From assembly GCF_963921235.1 (NCBI RefSeq), contig NC_086097.1, positions 4,836,001-4,900,000 of the forward strand: a stretch of 64,000 bases of DNA, given 5' to 3'. The DNA is from Mobula hypostoma (taxonomy: Eukaryota). Shown here piece after piece: positions 49,967 to 63,662 of the stretch. Positions within the stretch are counted from its first letter, which is position 1, and every line of letters starts with the position of its first letter. The position numbers and the translations under genes are program-made. The notes under the pieces were generated by a model that was not told the origin of the DNA, ran no database searches, and saw only the letters and a program-made list of their open reading frames with translations.

Positions 49967-50294
49967 TCATTTGATTGATCCAGCACTTTGCTGTCTCCGA
50001 GAAGATTCGGCGAAGCGAGCGCGTACTCGGATGGCCTCGATGCGAAGAAACTTCAAGGTGGAGCGCAAGACAATGTTTGTTTCCGCTTGACCGTTTAGAG
50101 CATGGAGGAGGATTGAGACATCGGGGTGAATGCAGAAGGTGAGCGGGAGTTTCAATGCCAATTGCCTTTTGATCGCTGCCAGAGAAGGAGTCAGTGGCCT
50201 ATCGCTGTGCGGCTCACCGTGGCAGGTGGGTAGGCCTCTGTGCCTCGTGTGGTGTCCCTCCCTTTCAGTGAATGTCAGTGATACCATATGCAAC
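49967..50294 (-). other. Unique CpG-rich segment, possible exon (strand ambiguous)
   Basis: Minus-strand acceptor TATTTTTCCCCAG|G followed by 108 open codons to TGA; an alternative plus-strand AG..GT open frame spans 49984-50138. Confidence 0.3.
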
Positions 50295-51124
50295 CTGGGG
50301 AAAAATACACACGCAGGACAACGAATACTTTTTCCGGTTGTTAATTCCTTTATCTGTTTTAGACATTTTAATGCAGAAAGAGCATATCAAAATGAAAATG
50401 ACAAAATGAATTTATAAGACAACAGTTCCTACTGTTACAATCTCAGCTTAATTTTGGCCCACACACTTGTCTATCAATTAGTTACATATGTAGTATGAAA
50501 ATAAATAAAACAAAATATAGAAAAACCAATACGGTAGTGGCAGTTCTGAAAAAAACACAAAACAATATTAGAATCCCACCAAAACTGTACCTTATACACA
50601 TCAAAAATATGAATAAAGATGTCTCATCTTTACTAAGAGGCACACTCATTTGGCACACATCTGCTTTATTTCCAAACACGTATCGGCTAGACCCTGAAAT
50701 GAATTCTCCTCACTCATGTTAGGTGAACGGAGATGAACACATTCACATTACTCTGTTACATTCACATTCAGTCATGAAACAATAAAGTAAGAGAAAAATA
50801 AACTTTTACAAAAACTTTTATAATATATTGCCTTGCAGTTAAATTACTGGAAGACTAACCTACTAAGCCGATAAGGAACTTTGCACAACCATGCTATCCA
50901 GTGCTGATACCTTACTCACGAAAATCTAAAGCATCCACATGTAAAGCATGTCAAATTAGTGATATTCTATATTTACACACAAGAATAAATGAATTTACAT
51001 AGATATTATCAAATATTATTCACCTTTCCTCACCATCGACTTGCAGTTGATGTTCTCTCTAGAACCTTGCAACACTTCTTTCTACTCTACATGTGCATAA
51101 TGACATCCCCGTTTTCTCTTAAAG

Positions 51125-51162
51125 GTACAGACAGCTATCTTGAGCATTACCAGGGTGAATAC
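51125..51162 (+). other. Candidate 38-nt exon
   Basis: Strong acceptor CCCCGTTTTCTCTTAAAG and donor AC|GTAAGT in non-repeat DNA. Confidence 0.3.
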
Positions 51163-51799
51163 GTAAGTGCACTTTAACAATAAAAAATGATATTCAACGG
51201 TCACCTGGTTACACATAGGAATGTATTGTGGTTTTGCGTTTATGGATTGGACTATTGTGTTTATGGACCGTGGACTTTTTCAGACTTATGGTTTTTGTAT
51301 TCTTTATTTTATCACCAGTTGTGCAAGGGGAGGTTGTTTGGGAGTTGCTGTTCTGTTAGTGTTCTATTAGTTTTTTGTGCAGAGGAGGGTTTGATTTTTC
51401 CAGTCGATGCTCCTGTTCTGTTTTGCGTGTGTGTGTGTGTGTGTGTGTGGGGCGGGGTGATGACTGGGATGGCATTTTTTGTACGAGGGGGTTAGATGTT
51501 TCTCTCTGAGTGACTTATATGCTCTTTCCTTTCTTCGTGGCTATCTGGAGAAGACAAATTTCAGAGTTGTACATGGATACATGTTTTGATAATAAATGAA
51601 CCTTTGAACGCCCAAATTGAAGTGTTCCCACAACCAGTTGACTCATTTTAAAGGACTCTTCATATGTTCTCAATATTTATTGCTTATTTAATTATTATTA
51701 TTATTATCACTTATTTTTGTATTTGCACAGTTTGTTGCCTTTTACACACTGGTTTGACACCGAAAGTGCAGTCTTTTTATTATTGAGTAGACTTATTGA

Positions 51800-52585
51800 G
51801 GAGGAAGTACAAGCTGGCAGGTGATAGGTGAATCCAGGTGAGGGTAAGGTGCGTGAGTGGGGGAGGGGAATGAATTAAGGAGCTGGGAAATGATAGATGA
51901 AAGATGTAATGGTCTGAAGAAGATGGAATCTGATCAATGAGGAGAGAGGACCATGGAGGAACAAAATGAAAGTGATGGGCAGGTGAGGAGAAGAGAGGAG
52001 TTAAGAGGGGGAAATAGACTGGGGAATTAAAAAGGAGAGAAGGGGAAGGGAACAAATTACTAGAACTTAGAGAATTCGATTTGGAGGCCACCCAGACAAA
52101 TATAAGGTGTTACTCCTCCAACCTGAGAGTGGCCTCATTGTGGTAGCACAGGAGGCCGTGGACCAACATGTCAGAATGGGAATGTCAAGTCAAAATGAAA
52201 TGGGTGGCCGCTGGAAAACCCTGTATTTTGTGGCAGATTGAGTGAAGGTGCTGGACAAAGTGTTTCCCCAATCTGCTATACATTGAGTCTCACCAATGTA
52301 GATGTGGCCACTGGGAGCATGACCCTGACAGGGTCACAGGTGAAGTGTCACCTCACCTGGTAGGACTGTTTGTGGTGCTGAATATTGTTGATGGAGGAGG
52401 TATAGAGGCAGGTGTAGCACTTGTCTCACTTACAGGGATGTGTTGAAGGAGGAAGATCAGTGGGGAGAGATGAGTGGACCAGGGGGTCAGCTAAAGAGTG
52501 ATCCCTAAAGAAAGCAGAGAGTGGGAGGAAGGTAAAGATATAACCAATGTGGCAGGATCCCATTATGGATGGCAGAAGTTATGAA
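51800..52585 (-). mobile_element. Old Penelope GIY-YIG region fragment
   Basis: TCACAGGTGAAGTGTCACCTCACCTGG and TATAAGGTGTTACTCCTCCAACCTGAG are homologous to 45600-46160. Confidence 0.8.
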
Positions 52586-52779
52586 CTTAGGCTCTTGAAT
52601 AAAAGGGGATAACTCCACTCACTTTCCCCATCATTGAAATGTTCCCACAATGAATGAGCTCATTTTAAGGTCTCTTTATCTTATTATCTCAAGTTCTAGG
52701 TACTTATTGTGATTTGTTTATATTAAGTAATGTTAGGCAGAGGAGTGTCTGTACATAGGGTGACTCTAGAGAAAACAAC

Positions 52780-53580
52780 CTAAACTTGTCCAATCTCTTG
52801 TTATGACACATGTCCTTTAATCCTCAACTAATAAAGTCAAACATGCTATTTTCCTCCTTGAACACCCTATCAGCCTGTGTAGCCACTTTTAGGGAGCTCT
52901 TAACTTTGACTCAAGACCCCTCTGCGAATCAACACTGTTTAGGGTCTTTTCCTTAACAGTATACTGTCTCTTTACATTTTACTTACCAGATGCAACTCTC
53001 ACAATTGGCTGGGTTAAACTCCATCTGCCATTTCTCCACATTTTACTGCAACTGATCTATATCCCATTGTATTCTTTGCCAGTCAACTACACTATCCACA
53101 ACACCACAAATCTTGGTATAATCTGCAAATTTACTAACCCACCCATCTACATTTTCATCCAGGTCACTTACATACATCACAAACAGCAGAGATCCTAGTG
53201 CTGATCCCTGCGGAACACCACTCATCACAGACCTCCAGCTAGAATAACTCTTCCATGGGCAAGCCAGTTCTGAATCCAATGGCAATTCACTATTAATCCC
53301 ATGCATCTTAAACTTCTGTCAAACAACGTACAATGTTCTTTTTTTTACAACCTCCACAGCTCTACCTTCATTAATCACACTCATCTCCTCATCAGAAAGC
53401 AAATCAATTAAGCTAGGCTTAACTTGTGCTGCACACGTCATGTTGGCTCTTCAGAATTAGACCATGGTTTTTCTAAACACTCATAAATCCTAACCCTAAT
53501 AGTTCCCTGCAGTAATTTCCCTACCAGTTATGTGAGATTCACCGGTTCATAGTTTCCAGGATTATCCCTGGTTCCCTTCA
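52780..53580 (-). mobile_element. CR1 LINE RT fragment
   Basis: ORF 53043-53306 GVPQGSALG, KFADYTK. Confidence 0.8.
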
Positions 53581-53667
53581 AATGACACAAAAATAGGCAG
53601 GAAAGAAAGTTGAGAAGAAGACATCGAGTACCATGAAATTAGTTGTTTAGAGGGATCAGTAAAAACT

Positions 53668-54672
53668 TGTCACGTACCCTGTGATGGGTTAAAGAACCAG
53701 CAGAAATGGGAAACACTTTGGAGTCCAGTATTGCTATTAACTAATAATATTTATTAGTAACTATGCAATACAGTAATATAAATGCAGATAAATCAAACAG
53801 ATTAGCAATGATTATATATAAGTAAACGTGGAAATATATGAAAATCAAGCTTCTTCAAGTCTGGGGTAAATAGATACAGTCTTACAATGATGAGTAAAGT
53901 TCATTTCAGTTCGTGGTATTGAGTTGAGTAGTGATGGAGAGAGAGAGAGAGAGATTTGAGTCTTCAGGTGAGCTGACGCCATCGATCTTCCTATTGTCCT
54001 CCGAAATCCTTTAGAAGTCACCGACTGTGACTTCAACAAAGGGGACCGTTCTTCTGTGGTGGAATCATCAACTCAGGCGAAGGTTGGACACATGGTCAAC
54101 TCTCCACTGGTCACTCCCTTTTCTCACTGCAAGAACCACTGATCAATCCGCCTGATCGATCCTCCAAAAACCCACTTTTTCTGTGGGCACAATAAAGCTC
54201 ATTCAGTGTCCAAAGTCATGTGCCTGAGGTCTATCATCTGACCTCTTATTTATCTCACCGTACTGAGTACCAACTGTCATTCAAATAACTCCTCCCTTCT
54301 CTGTCTGTGTTAGAATTTACTGGCAGGCAATGTCCTTGGGAAGTATAAACACGCTCCAGAGAAACCATAATGTCGATTGTCCATCAAATAACGCCACCCT
54401 CAGTCACCATAGTGACTTACGAGCTGCTCGGTGCTCTCTCTCCCCGAACTCAGCAGAAATCCAAAAGTTATTCTCAGTTCCTGCTCGTGCCTTAAAGTGA
54501 CAGTCCACAGGAAATATGAACCTTAGGGGTTCATAACACCATCTCAAAGCAGTCTTCGTCTCTCTCTCTCTTTCTTTCTTTCTCTCTTAAAAACAAGATG
54601 TCAGTGTTAAATAACTCTCTCTCTCTCTTTTCAAAAGCACAGTTCATAGGAGTAATTCAGGACCCTGTCACA
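53668..54672 (-). mobile_element. Solo LTR related to 22356-23634
   Basis: TG...CA termini, TSD AACT (53664-53667, 54673-54676); shares AAAGAACCAGCAGAAATGG and AAATATGAACC blocks. Confidence 0.8.
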
Positions 54673-54839
54673 AACTATAAACTACAATGAGTATATACAG
54701 TATAAAAACTAAAAGTAATTAAATACATAGTGCAAAATGAGAGGAAAATATTGAGGTAGTGTACATCGGATCATTGTCTGTTCAGAAATCTGATGGTGGA
54801 GGGGAAGAAGTTGTTCTTGAAACATTGCGTGTGTGTCAA

Positions 54840-56280
54840 TGACTGGTGAGTGGCTAATGTTGCACCTCTATTTAGAAAGGGAACAGGGGAAAAGCCTGGG
54901 AACTATAGACCGGTGGATCTCACTCAGTTGTAGGGAAATTGCTGGAGAAAATTCTTAGGGACGGAATGAATGAGCATTTGGAAAACATGGTCTAATTAGG
55001 GAGAGCCAACATGGCTTTGTGCATGGCAGATCGTGCCTTACCAACTTGTTTGAGTATTTTGTCAAGTTGACGAGAGAGATTGATGAGGGTAGGGCAGTGG
55101 ATGTTGTCTACATGGACTTTAGTAAGGTGTTTGACAAAGTCCCTCATGGGAGGTTAATCCAGAAGATTAAGATGTATGGATTTGCAGTGAATTAGCTATT
55201 TGGATTCAGAACTAGCTTGTCAGTAGAAGACACAGAGCAATGGTTGAAGCAACCAGTTCGAGCTGGAGGTCTGTAATTAGTGGAGTTTCACAGAGATCTG
55301 TGCTGGGACCTCTGCTGTTGTGATGTATATAAGTAACCTGGATGAAACTGTAGATGGGTGGGTTAGTAAATTTATGAATGATACCAGGATAAGTGGTGTT
55401 GTGGATAGTGTGGAAGACTAGCGGGGAATACAGCACGATATAGATCAGATGCACACATCGGCTGAGAAACGGCAGATGAAGTTTAAATCAAATCAATATG
55501 AGGTGTTGTATTAGTAGGGCAAATGCAAAAAGACAGCACACCATTAAAGGGAAGATTCTTAACAGTGCTGCTGAGCAGAGAGATCTTGGGTTCCAAGTTC
55601 ATGGCTCCTTGAGAGTGTCCACACTGGTTGATAAGGTGGTTAAGGCTTATGGAATGCTTGTTTTTATTAGTTAAAGCATTGAGTTCAAAAGTCAGGATGT
55701 TATGTTGCAACTTTATAAAACTCTGGTAAGGACTCATCTGGAGTATTGCATATAGTTCTGGTTGTACCACTATAGAAAAGATGTTGATACTTTGGAGAGG
55801 GTATAAAAGAGGTTTACCTGTATGTTGCCCGGATTAGAGGGCATGTGCTATCATGAGAGGCTAGATAAACTTGAGTTCTTTTCCCTGGAGCGTCAGAGGA
55901 TGAGGGCAGATCTGATAGGGGTTTACAAGATTATGAGAGGCATAGATAGAGTGGGTCAAGAGTATCTGTTCCCGGGGTTGAAATGTCTAATACCAGAGGG
56001 CTTGCATTGAAGGTGAGAGGGGGTAGGCTCAAGTGGGATGTGAGGGGTAAGTTTTTTACTTGGAGAGTCATGGATGCCTGGAATGCACTGGCTGACATGG
56101 TGGTGGGGGTAAATATATTGAAGGCATTTAAGAGACGTTTAGATAGGCACATGGGTGTGAGGAAGATGGAGGGATATGGACATGGCGTAAGTAGGAGGGA
56201 TTAATGTTTGGGTGTTTTTGATTTGCTTTTCAACTGGTTCGGCACAGCATTGTGAGGTGAGTGGCCAGTACTCTTCTATG
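54840..56280 (+). mobile_element. CR1 LINE RT and 3' fragment
   Basis: GGGAACTATAGACCGGTG (GNYRPV), GACTTTAGTAAGGTGTTTGAC (DFSKVFD), RADLIGVYKIMRG. Confidence 0.88.
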
Positions 56281-56311
56281 TGTCTTCATTCTCCTGTACC
56301 TTCTCGGAGAT

Positions 56312-58906
56312 CAGGGATGTCGGACTCATTTTCGTTTCACGGGTCGGCGTGGGCAATTGAGACTTCATGCGGGCCGGATCAGTTCTGCGTGCGCGCGCTC
56401 CCACAGCTTTCGTTGCCTTCAGTTTTTTCAACCTGCTCTCATGTGTCTCAGTCTCTGCTATAACTACAAAGTGTTTCACTTTATGAATTTCATTCCTTAT
56501 GAAGAAGATTGCCTAGCAAGCATTATTTTTATGATTGGTATTAACATACAGGCATAGGCTACAAGAAAGTTGTGATGAGAGACAGAAAATTGATGCTATA
56601 TGGCTAAGATTGTTTTGGGAGCCATACCCTTTCCATTAATAAACCATTTGAAATCGAACATAAGCAGACACAAATGTAGACCTAACGAAACAAATTGTAA
56701 AGGTAGGCTACACAACTGCACCTAATTTTTATTAGCCTGCTTCCAGCGATCAAACTCAGACAATGAACACAGTTAGCCTCTAATTTTTATTGAAGTGATC
56801 ACATTTACAATAATAGAATAGTCAGAAAGTGAATGAATCACAATATTTCATAATACATTGTGCTTACATGTCACAGTGCATCAAACAGTGTCACTCAGTT
56901 TTCACTTGCTGCTTCCAGACACCTGACATCTCTTGGCTTTAACCAGCCTGTCAACATCAGGGGCCAGTTTCTGGGCGGTTGTGATTTTCATAATGTCATT
57001 TAGATGTCTGTGTGTCAGCTGCGAGTGCAGTTTGGGTTTGTTAACGTTCATTATGGAGAACTCCTGCTCACAGAGATATGTTGTCCCGAACATGCAAAGG
57101 ATCTTTGAGGCAAAGTCTGTTATCTTGGGGTACATCAGTCCCAGGTATTGATAGAACGAGTCCAGACCCACAGTCTCAAATTTATATTTCTAAGCCGAGT
57201 TACACTGAATTTCAATTAGTTCCATTTGGAGTTCCTCCGGCACATCTGATGCTGCGTTGACAGCAAACGGTGAGCAAAATAGTGAGAATTCCTTCTCAAG
57301 CTGAGTGAAGACGTGGAAACAATTCTGAAACTCACTTTTCAGCCGTGATGTTTTGTCCTTGTACCTGTCCATGTTGTCATTATTCCCATGAGTGACACGC
57401 ACAGACTGCAAAGAAAGGAAATGAGCTGGGTTGCTCTGGGATGGTTGCATCTCCCACAGGCCTAATTTAATTTGAAAGGCACGAATGCTGTCGTAGTATT
57501 CCAGAACAAGTTTGTTGCGGCCTTGCATGTTAACATTAAGCACATTTAAGTGCTATGTTGTATCCACCAAAAATGCAAGATCATGAAGCCAGTCTGGGTC
57601 ATCCAACTCTGCCACTGGCTTCCCTTTCTTGTTCATGAATAGTCCAATTTCCGCCCGTAATTGAAAAAAACTTTTGAGCATAACCCCTCTGCTCAACCAG
57701 CGGACTTTAGTGTGGTAGGGTAGGCTGTGTCCAATATTACTTTCGGAGAAAAGTGTGTCAAATTGCCGATGGTTGAGTCCCTTGGCTCTAATAAAACTAA
57801 CCGTTTTGATTACTACTTGCATGACATTGTCCATTTTCAGGCTCCTGCTACATAACACCTCTTGGTGTATAATACAATGAAAATTCCAGAATTCCTGCTC
57901 TGGATTCTCTGTTTGAACTTTCTCTGAGTTTCACAACAACACCTGCCTTTTTCCCAACCATGGACAGTGCGCATCTGTTGCCACGCTGACAGCGTGACTC
58001 CAGTCAACCCCCAGTCTGTCCAAGGCCTCGACGAGGCTGGAGAAAACGTGGTTCGCTGTTGTGGTGTTTGTCATGGGCACCATCTCCACAAACTCCTCGG
58101 TGACAGTCAAAGATGCATCAACACCACGAATAAATATTCCCAGCTGAGCAACATCGGTCACGTCGGTGCTCTCATCAATTGCAATAGAGAAGGCAATAAA
58201 TGACTTCACTTTGTCTTTTAGTTGACTGTTGAAATCTCCTGCAAGGTCCCCGATTCTCTCAGCCACAGTATTTCTTGACAAGCTGCTGTTACCAAAAGTC
58301 TGTCTCTTCTCAGGGCACACCAGCTCAGCCGCCGTCAGCATGCATGCTTTGATGAAATCCCCCTCTGCGTATGACTTTGACGCAGTAGCTATTTTGTTGG
58401 CAATAATATAGCGGGCCCTGACAGCTCCATCACGAGTCTCTCGTCTTTTGGTGAACACTGATTGCTGTTTTTTCAGAATTGCTTCAAGCTCGTTTACCTT
58501 TTGCATTCTGAGTTGACCTTTGATGTCAACTTTTCTTTTCTTGGAAAGCATTTTGAACCACAGCAGCAAACAGTCTCAGTCTTGCTACAGGTGTTACTTA
58601 CCTGAGTACTCTGTGTGTTTGTGTTGTGTCACGACGTAAGTGGGGCCCCAGTGGTCTTCAGTGCAGGGTGGTAGGTGCTTATGCACAGCGGGTGGTTAAC
58701 TGCCGCCTACTGTTCTCTAAGTACACACAGCAAGCTGCCGACACAGCAGGCAGCACAGACAGCGGCGGGAGAGAGCGGCTGCCATACAGATACATAATAA
58801 ACGGTCGTGAATGTACTTTTCTCCCCCCCCCCATTCATCCCGCGGGCCAGATTTGACCCCTTCGTGGGCCGGATGTGGCCTGCGGGCTGGTAGTTTGACA
58901 CCCCTG
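56312..58906 (-). mobile_element. hAT (Charlie/SPIN-like) DNA transposon with both ends
   Basis: TIRs CAGGGATGTCGGACT (56312) / AGTTTGACACCCCTG (58906); right flank TTCTAGAT, left flank TTCTCGGAGAT; the host LINE fragment resumes after the element. Confidence 0.85.
56902..58552 (-). pseudogene. hAT transposase (GTF2IRD2/SPIN-like), disrupted
   Basis: SKKRKVD, SLSRNTV, IAIDESTDVTDVAQL, ATD, LNHRQF, VRWLSRG, LAFLVD, LQMELI, MFGTTYLCEQ across four ORFs. Confidence 0.92.
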
Positions 58907-59516
58907 TTCTAGATGGTGGAAATGAGAAGAGGGCATGCCCTGAGTGATGAGGGACACTAATGACGGCCTGGTCTGCCTTATGATTAGTGCAAACACAATA
59001 TCGTAGGGGCAACTCTATAATACTGTTGGTAAAGACAATGAAAACAGCTTCTCAGTGTGAATAGAACTGGGAATAAATATCGGACTTGCCAATTTTTTTT
59101 CATTTACGGGATGTGAGCGTCAACGGCATCGCCAGCATTTATTGCCCATCCCTAGTTGCCCCTAAGGTGGTGATGAGCTGCCTTCTTGAACTGCAGTCCC
59201 TGAGGTGTAGGTACACCCACAACCATTTGCACTACTCTGTTCACAACTGACACTTATAACTTCTAGACAGCTCTGCTCACTTACACTCATGATGGTGAGG
59301 CCAAGCACAGCACCAATACCCTGTTCAAGCTTGCTGGCGACACCACTATCCACACGAATCAATGGTGGTGACAAATCAACATTTAGGAGAAGGATTCAAA
59401 ATATGACTGAGTGGTGCCACAGCAACAAACTTACTCAATGGCAGCAAGACCAAAGAACTGATTATTGACTTCAGGAGCAGGAAACCAAACGTCCATTAGC
59501 CAGTCCTCAGCATTAT

Positions 59517-60738
59517 TTTCACAAAGGGGGCATTGGGAACAGACCCAAAAGCAAGACACAGACACTGAAGTACAAGGAACAGGACTTAACTAAAGTAGGG
59601 ATGTGACAAGATACAGACAAGGAGCAGGGACAAGAACGCAGAATTGGGCTAGGACATGGACAAGACTGGGAACCCGGACAAGGAACTATGCACTAGGAGC
59701 CTGGGCTTGGGCTCTGAGCCAGAGACTGGACCAGCACCCAGAATCTGGGTCTTACCTCAGGCTCGGACCCCAGAACCAGGCAAGGACATGGCATGACTAC
59801 AGGACAGGACGTGACTGGGGTCTAGAGACTTGGGGCTTGAGGCTGGGGTCTTGGTCTTGAGGCTTGAGCTTGGAGGCAGGCTGGGGCTTTGGGTCTCGAG
59901 GCTGCAGGCTGGGGTCTTGGGTCTCGAGGCTGCGGAGGCTGATAACTAGGAGGCTGGAGCTCAGACAGACTGGGAACTGAACATCAACAGAGCTGGGACT
60001 TATCCTTCAAAAATCCAGGACTCATCTTTAACACAACACTAACAAGAGACTGGACAGTACATAGACATAGAGCCAGGACTTATCCTTAGACAAGCCGAGA
60101 CTCAACTTATCTCCACACCAAGGTAGGACAGGTCCCTCTGTCAGGTAATGGCAGAACAGCTGGACTTACCCAACAGAGGCAAAGTCAAGACAAGACAAGA
60201 CAGGACCCCCCCACAGGGCAACGGCAGAACAGCCTGACTTCCCCCACAGAGGCAAGGACAAGACAAGATAAGACAAACACCGAAGGACGACAGACAGTTC
60301 CAACTCTGCATCGGGGTTGCTCCAAGTCACAGTTTGGCCAGCAACCTCAGCTGGCTACAGAAGCAGCTGGATCCCTACCTAGCTCGGAGTGGCTGGTAGC
60401 CACTCAGCTGGCCCGGGAATCAGCCAAATCCATACCGCAAAGACAGCTCTGACTACCAACAGCAAGGCTCCATGAAGCAATTGTTGTCTAACGCAGCCTA
60501 AAGATGGCAACAGGCCACTCTAGCCTTCCACCAGCAAATTACTCCCAGGAAATCTTGACAAGACAAACCAGCAGCCCACAGTCATTTCCAAGGCTACTTA
60601 TATTCCAAGCCTCAAGATGGGAATCAGGCGCCTATGATTAACTCAATAAAAACAAGGGACAGCTGGAAGACCCGGAGCCCTGAGTCCACTGACCGGACCG
60701 TGAACCGGAATGCAGACTTCACAGACCGGACCATGACA
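59517..60738 (-). mobile_element. Solo LTR (Gypsy-like) with internal short repeats, inserted in a Rex1-like fragment
   Basis: Minus strand starts TGTCATGGTCCGG; the other end TTTCACA is a decayed TGTCACA; TSD ATTAT/GTTAT; host RT sequence on both sides. Confidence 0.7.
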
Positions 60739-60884
60739 GTTATTATTCTGGAGGACCTAGCCTAGGCCTAGCATGTAAGTGCAATTTGGAAGAAATCACA
60801 GCAACAACTACTTCCTTCAGAGTTTGCGAAGACTGGCATAACTATGAGATATCTTTTTTTTAGTAGCTTGTACTTGAGCCTACT

Positions 60885-63178
60885 CAGGGAAACACTATCA
60901 TAGACTGGGTGTTGTGTAATAAGCCAGATCTTATTTGGCTGCTTAATGTAAAGGAACCCTTAGGAGGTAGTGAACATAATATGATTGAATTCATACTGCA
61001 ACTTGAGAGGGAGAAGCATAACTCACATGTATCAGTATCGCAATGGAATAAAAGGAATTACAGAGGCGTGAGAGAGGAGCTTGCCCAGGTGGATTGGAGG
61101 AGGATACTGGCAGGGATGACAGCAGAGCAGAGGTGGCTGAAGTTTCTGGGAATAGTTCACAAGGCCCAGGGTAGATATGTCCCACAGAGGAACCATGGCT
61201 GACAAGTGAAGTTAAGGACTGAATAAAAGCCAAGGGAAGGGCATATAAGGTAGCAAAAGTGAGAGGGAAGTTGGATGACTGTCAAGCTTTCAAAAAGCAA
61301 CTAAAAAATGCTACACAAAGGGAAAAGATGAAATATGAGGGCAAACTAGCCAATAATATAAAGCAAGACACTAACTTTTTTTCAGTTATATAAAGTGAGG
61401 GGAGAGTTGATATTGGACCACTGGAAAATGATGCTGGTAAGGCAGTAATGAGGGACAAAGAAACAGCAGATGAACCTGATGAGTACTTTGCATCAGTCTT
61501 CACCATGGAAGACACTAACAGTGTGCCAGAGGTCTGTGAGTGTCAGGGAGCAGGAGTGAGTGCCGTTGCCATTACAAAGTAAAATGTACCAGGCAAATTC
61601 AAAGGTCCTAAGGTGGATTTGTCAACTGGACCAGATGGACTACATCTCAGAGTCTTAAGAGAGGTTGCTGAAGAGATAACGGATGCATTGATCATGACCT
61701 TTCAAGAATCACTTGATACTAGCATGATCCCGGAGGACCGTAAATGTCACTCTTCTCTTTAAGAAGGGAGGAAGGCAAAAGAAAGAAAATTATAGGCCAG
61801 TTAGCCTCACCTCCGTGATTGGGAAAGTGTTGGAGTCTATTATTAAGGATGAGGTTTTGGGGTACTTGGAGACTAATGATGAAATAAGTCAAAGTCAGCA
61901 TGGTTTCTGTAAAGGAAAATCTTGCCTGACAGATCTGTTAGAGTTCTTCAAGGAAGTAACAAGCAGAGTGGACAAAGGAGAGGCAGTGGATGTCATTTAC
62001 TTGGATTTTCAGAAGGCATTTGATAAGGTGCCACACATGAGGCTGCTTAACAAGATAATATCCTATGATGTTACAAGAAAGATACTGGCATGGATAGTGG
62101 AATGGCTGACAGGCAGGAGGCAGTGAGTGGGAATAAAGAAGGCCTTTTCTGGTTGGCTGTCAGTGACTAGTGGTGTTCCTTAGGAGTCTGTATTGAGACT
62201 GCTACCTTTTACATTGTTTATCAGTGATTTAGATAATGGAATTGATAGCTTTGTAGATGATATGAAGTTATTTGCAGATGATATGAAGTTATGTGGAGGG
62301 GTAGGTAGTACTGTGAAAGCTATACAATTGCAGCAGGACTTAGATAAACTGGAAAAATGGGCAAAACTTGGTGAATGGAATACAGTGCTGAGAAATGTAT
62401 GATAATGCATTTTGGTAAAAGGAACAAGAGTGCAGACTATTACCGAAATGGGGAAAAAATTCAAACATCAGAGGTGCAAAGGGACTTGTGAGTTCTCATG
62501 TAAGACTCCCAGCAGATTAATTTACAGGTTGAGTCTGTGGTAAAGAAGGCAAATGCAATGTTGGCATTTATTTCAAGAGGAATAGAATATAAAAGCAAGG
62601 AGATAATGCTGTGGGTTTATAAGACACTAGTCAGGCCACACTTTTGGGCCCCATATCTCGGAAAGGTTGTGTTGTCATTGGAGAGAGTCCAGAGTATGTT
62701 CATGAGGATGATTCTGGGAATGAAGGGGTTAACAAATGAGGAGCATTTGGTAGCTTTGGACCTGTTCTCACTGAAATTTAGATGAATGCAGTGGGATCTC
62801 ACTGAATGTTGAAAGGACTAGCTAGGGTGGATGTGGACAGCATGTTTCTTATGGTGGGGGTATTCAGAACTAGAAGGCAGAGACTCAAAATTGGGGGGGT
62901 GGTATTTTAGAACAGAAATAAGGAGGGATTTTTTTTCAGTCAAAGAGTAGTGAATCTGTGGAATGCTCTGCCATAGACTGCAGAAGAGGCCAAGCCCATA
63001 GGTAGATTTAAAGCAGAAGTTGACAGTTTCCTGATCAGTCTGGGCATCAAAGGCAATGGTGAGAAGGCAAGTGTATGAGGTTGAGTGGGATCCGGGATCA
63101 GCCATGATGAAATAGCAGAGCAGATTTGATGGGCTGAATAGCCTAATTCTGTTCCTATGTCTTACGGTTTTATGGTCT
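60885..63178 (+). mobile_element. CR1 LINE, decayed ORF2 and 3' UTR
   Basis: PLGGSEHN, QHGFCKGKSC, DFQKAFDKVP, FADDMKL, TLVRPH; tail TTCCTATGTCTTACGGTTTTATGGTCT. Confidence 0.9.
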
Positions 63179-63429
63179 TACGACATCTAAAACTTTGACA
63201 GCATCTGTAGATTTGTGGTGGAGAGTATATTGACTGGCTGCATCAGTGGAAACACCACTGGCCTTGAATAGAGAGTGTAGTGGATACAGTCCAGTCCATC
63301 ACTGAACATATCTACATGAGATGTTGTTATTGGAAAGCAGCATCCATCATCACGGACCCCCACCACTCAGGAAATGCTTTCCACACTGCCGCCGTCAGGA
63401 GGGAACCACGTCACCTAGTAATTCCTCCA

Positions 63430-63662
63430 TTTAGTCTGAGCCCAATCACAGGACAATTTACAATGACAATGTAACTATTTACAATGACCACGTAACTACC
63501 AACCAGTACGTCTTTGGACTATGTGAGGAACCAGAGCACCCGGAGGAAACCCACGCAGTCACGGGAGGAACATAGAAGCTCTTTACAGACCGTAGTGGGA
63601 ACTGAACCTGGTTCGCTCGTTGTGTAAAGTGTTATGCTAAGCTCTATACTACCGTGCCGTCC
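63430..63662 (-). mobile_element. V-SINE/HE1-like SINE
   Basis: GAGCACCCGGAGGAAACCCACGCAGTCACGGG core; same family as 18970-19243. Confidence 0.7.

Noticed and set aside
56902..58552. Host gene GTF2IRD2 or EPM2AIP1
   Set aside because: Multiple stops and frameshifts with flanking TIRs indicate a dead transposon, not a domesticated gene
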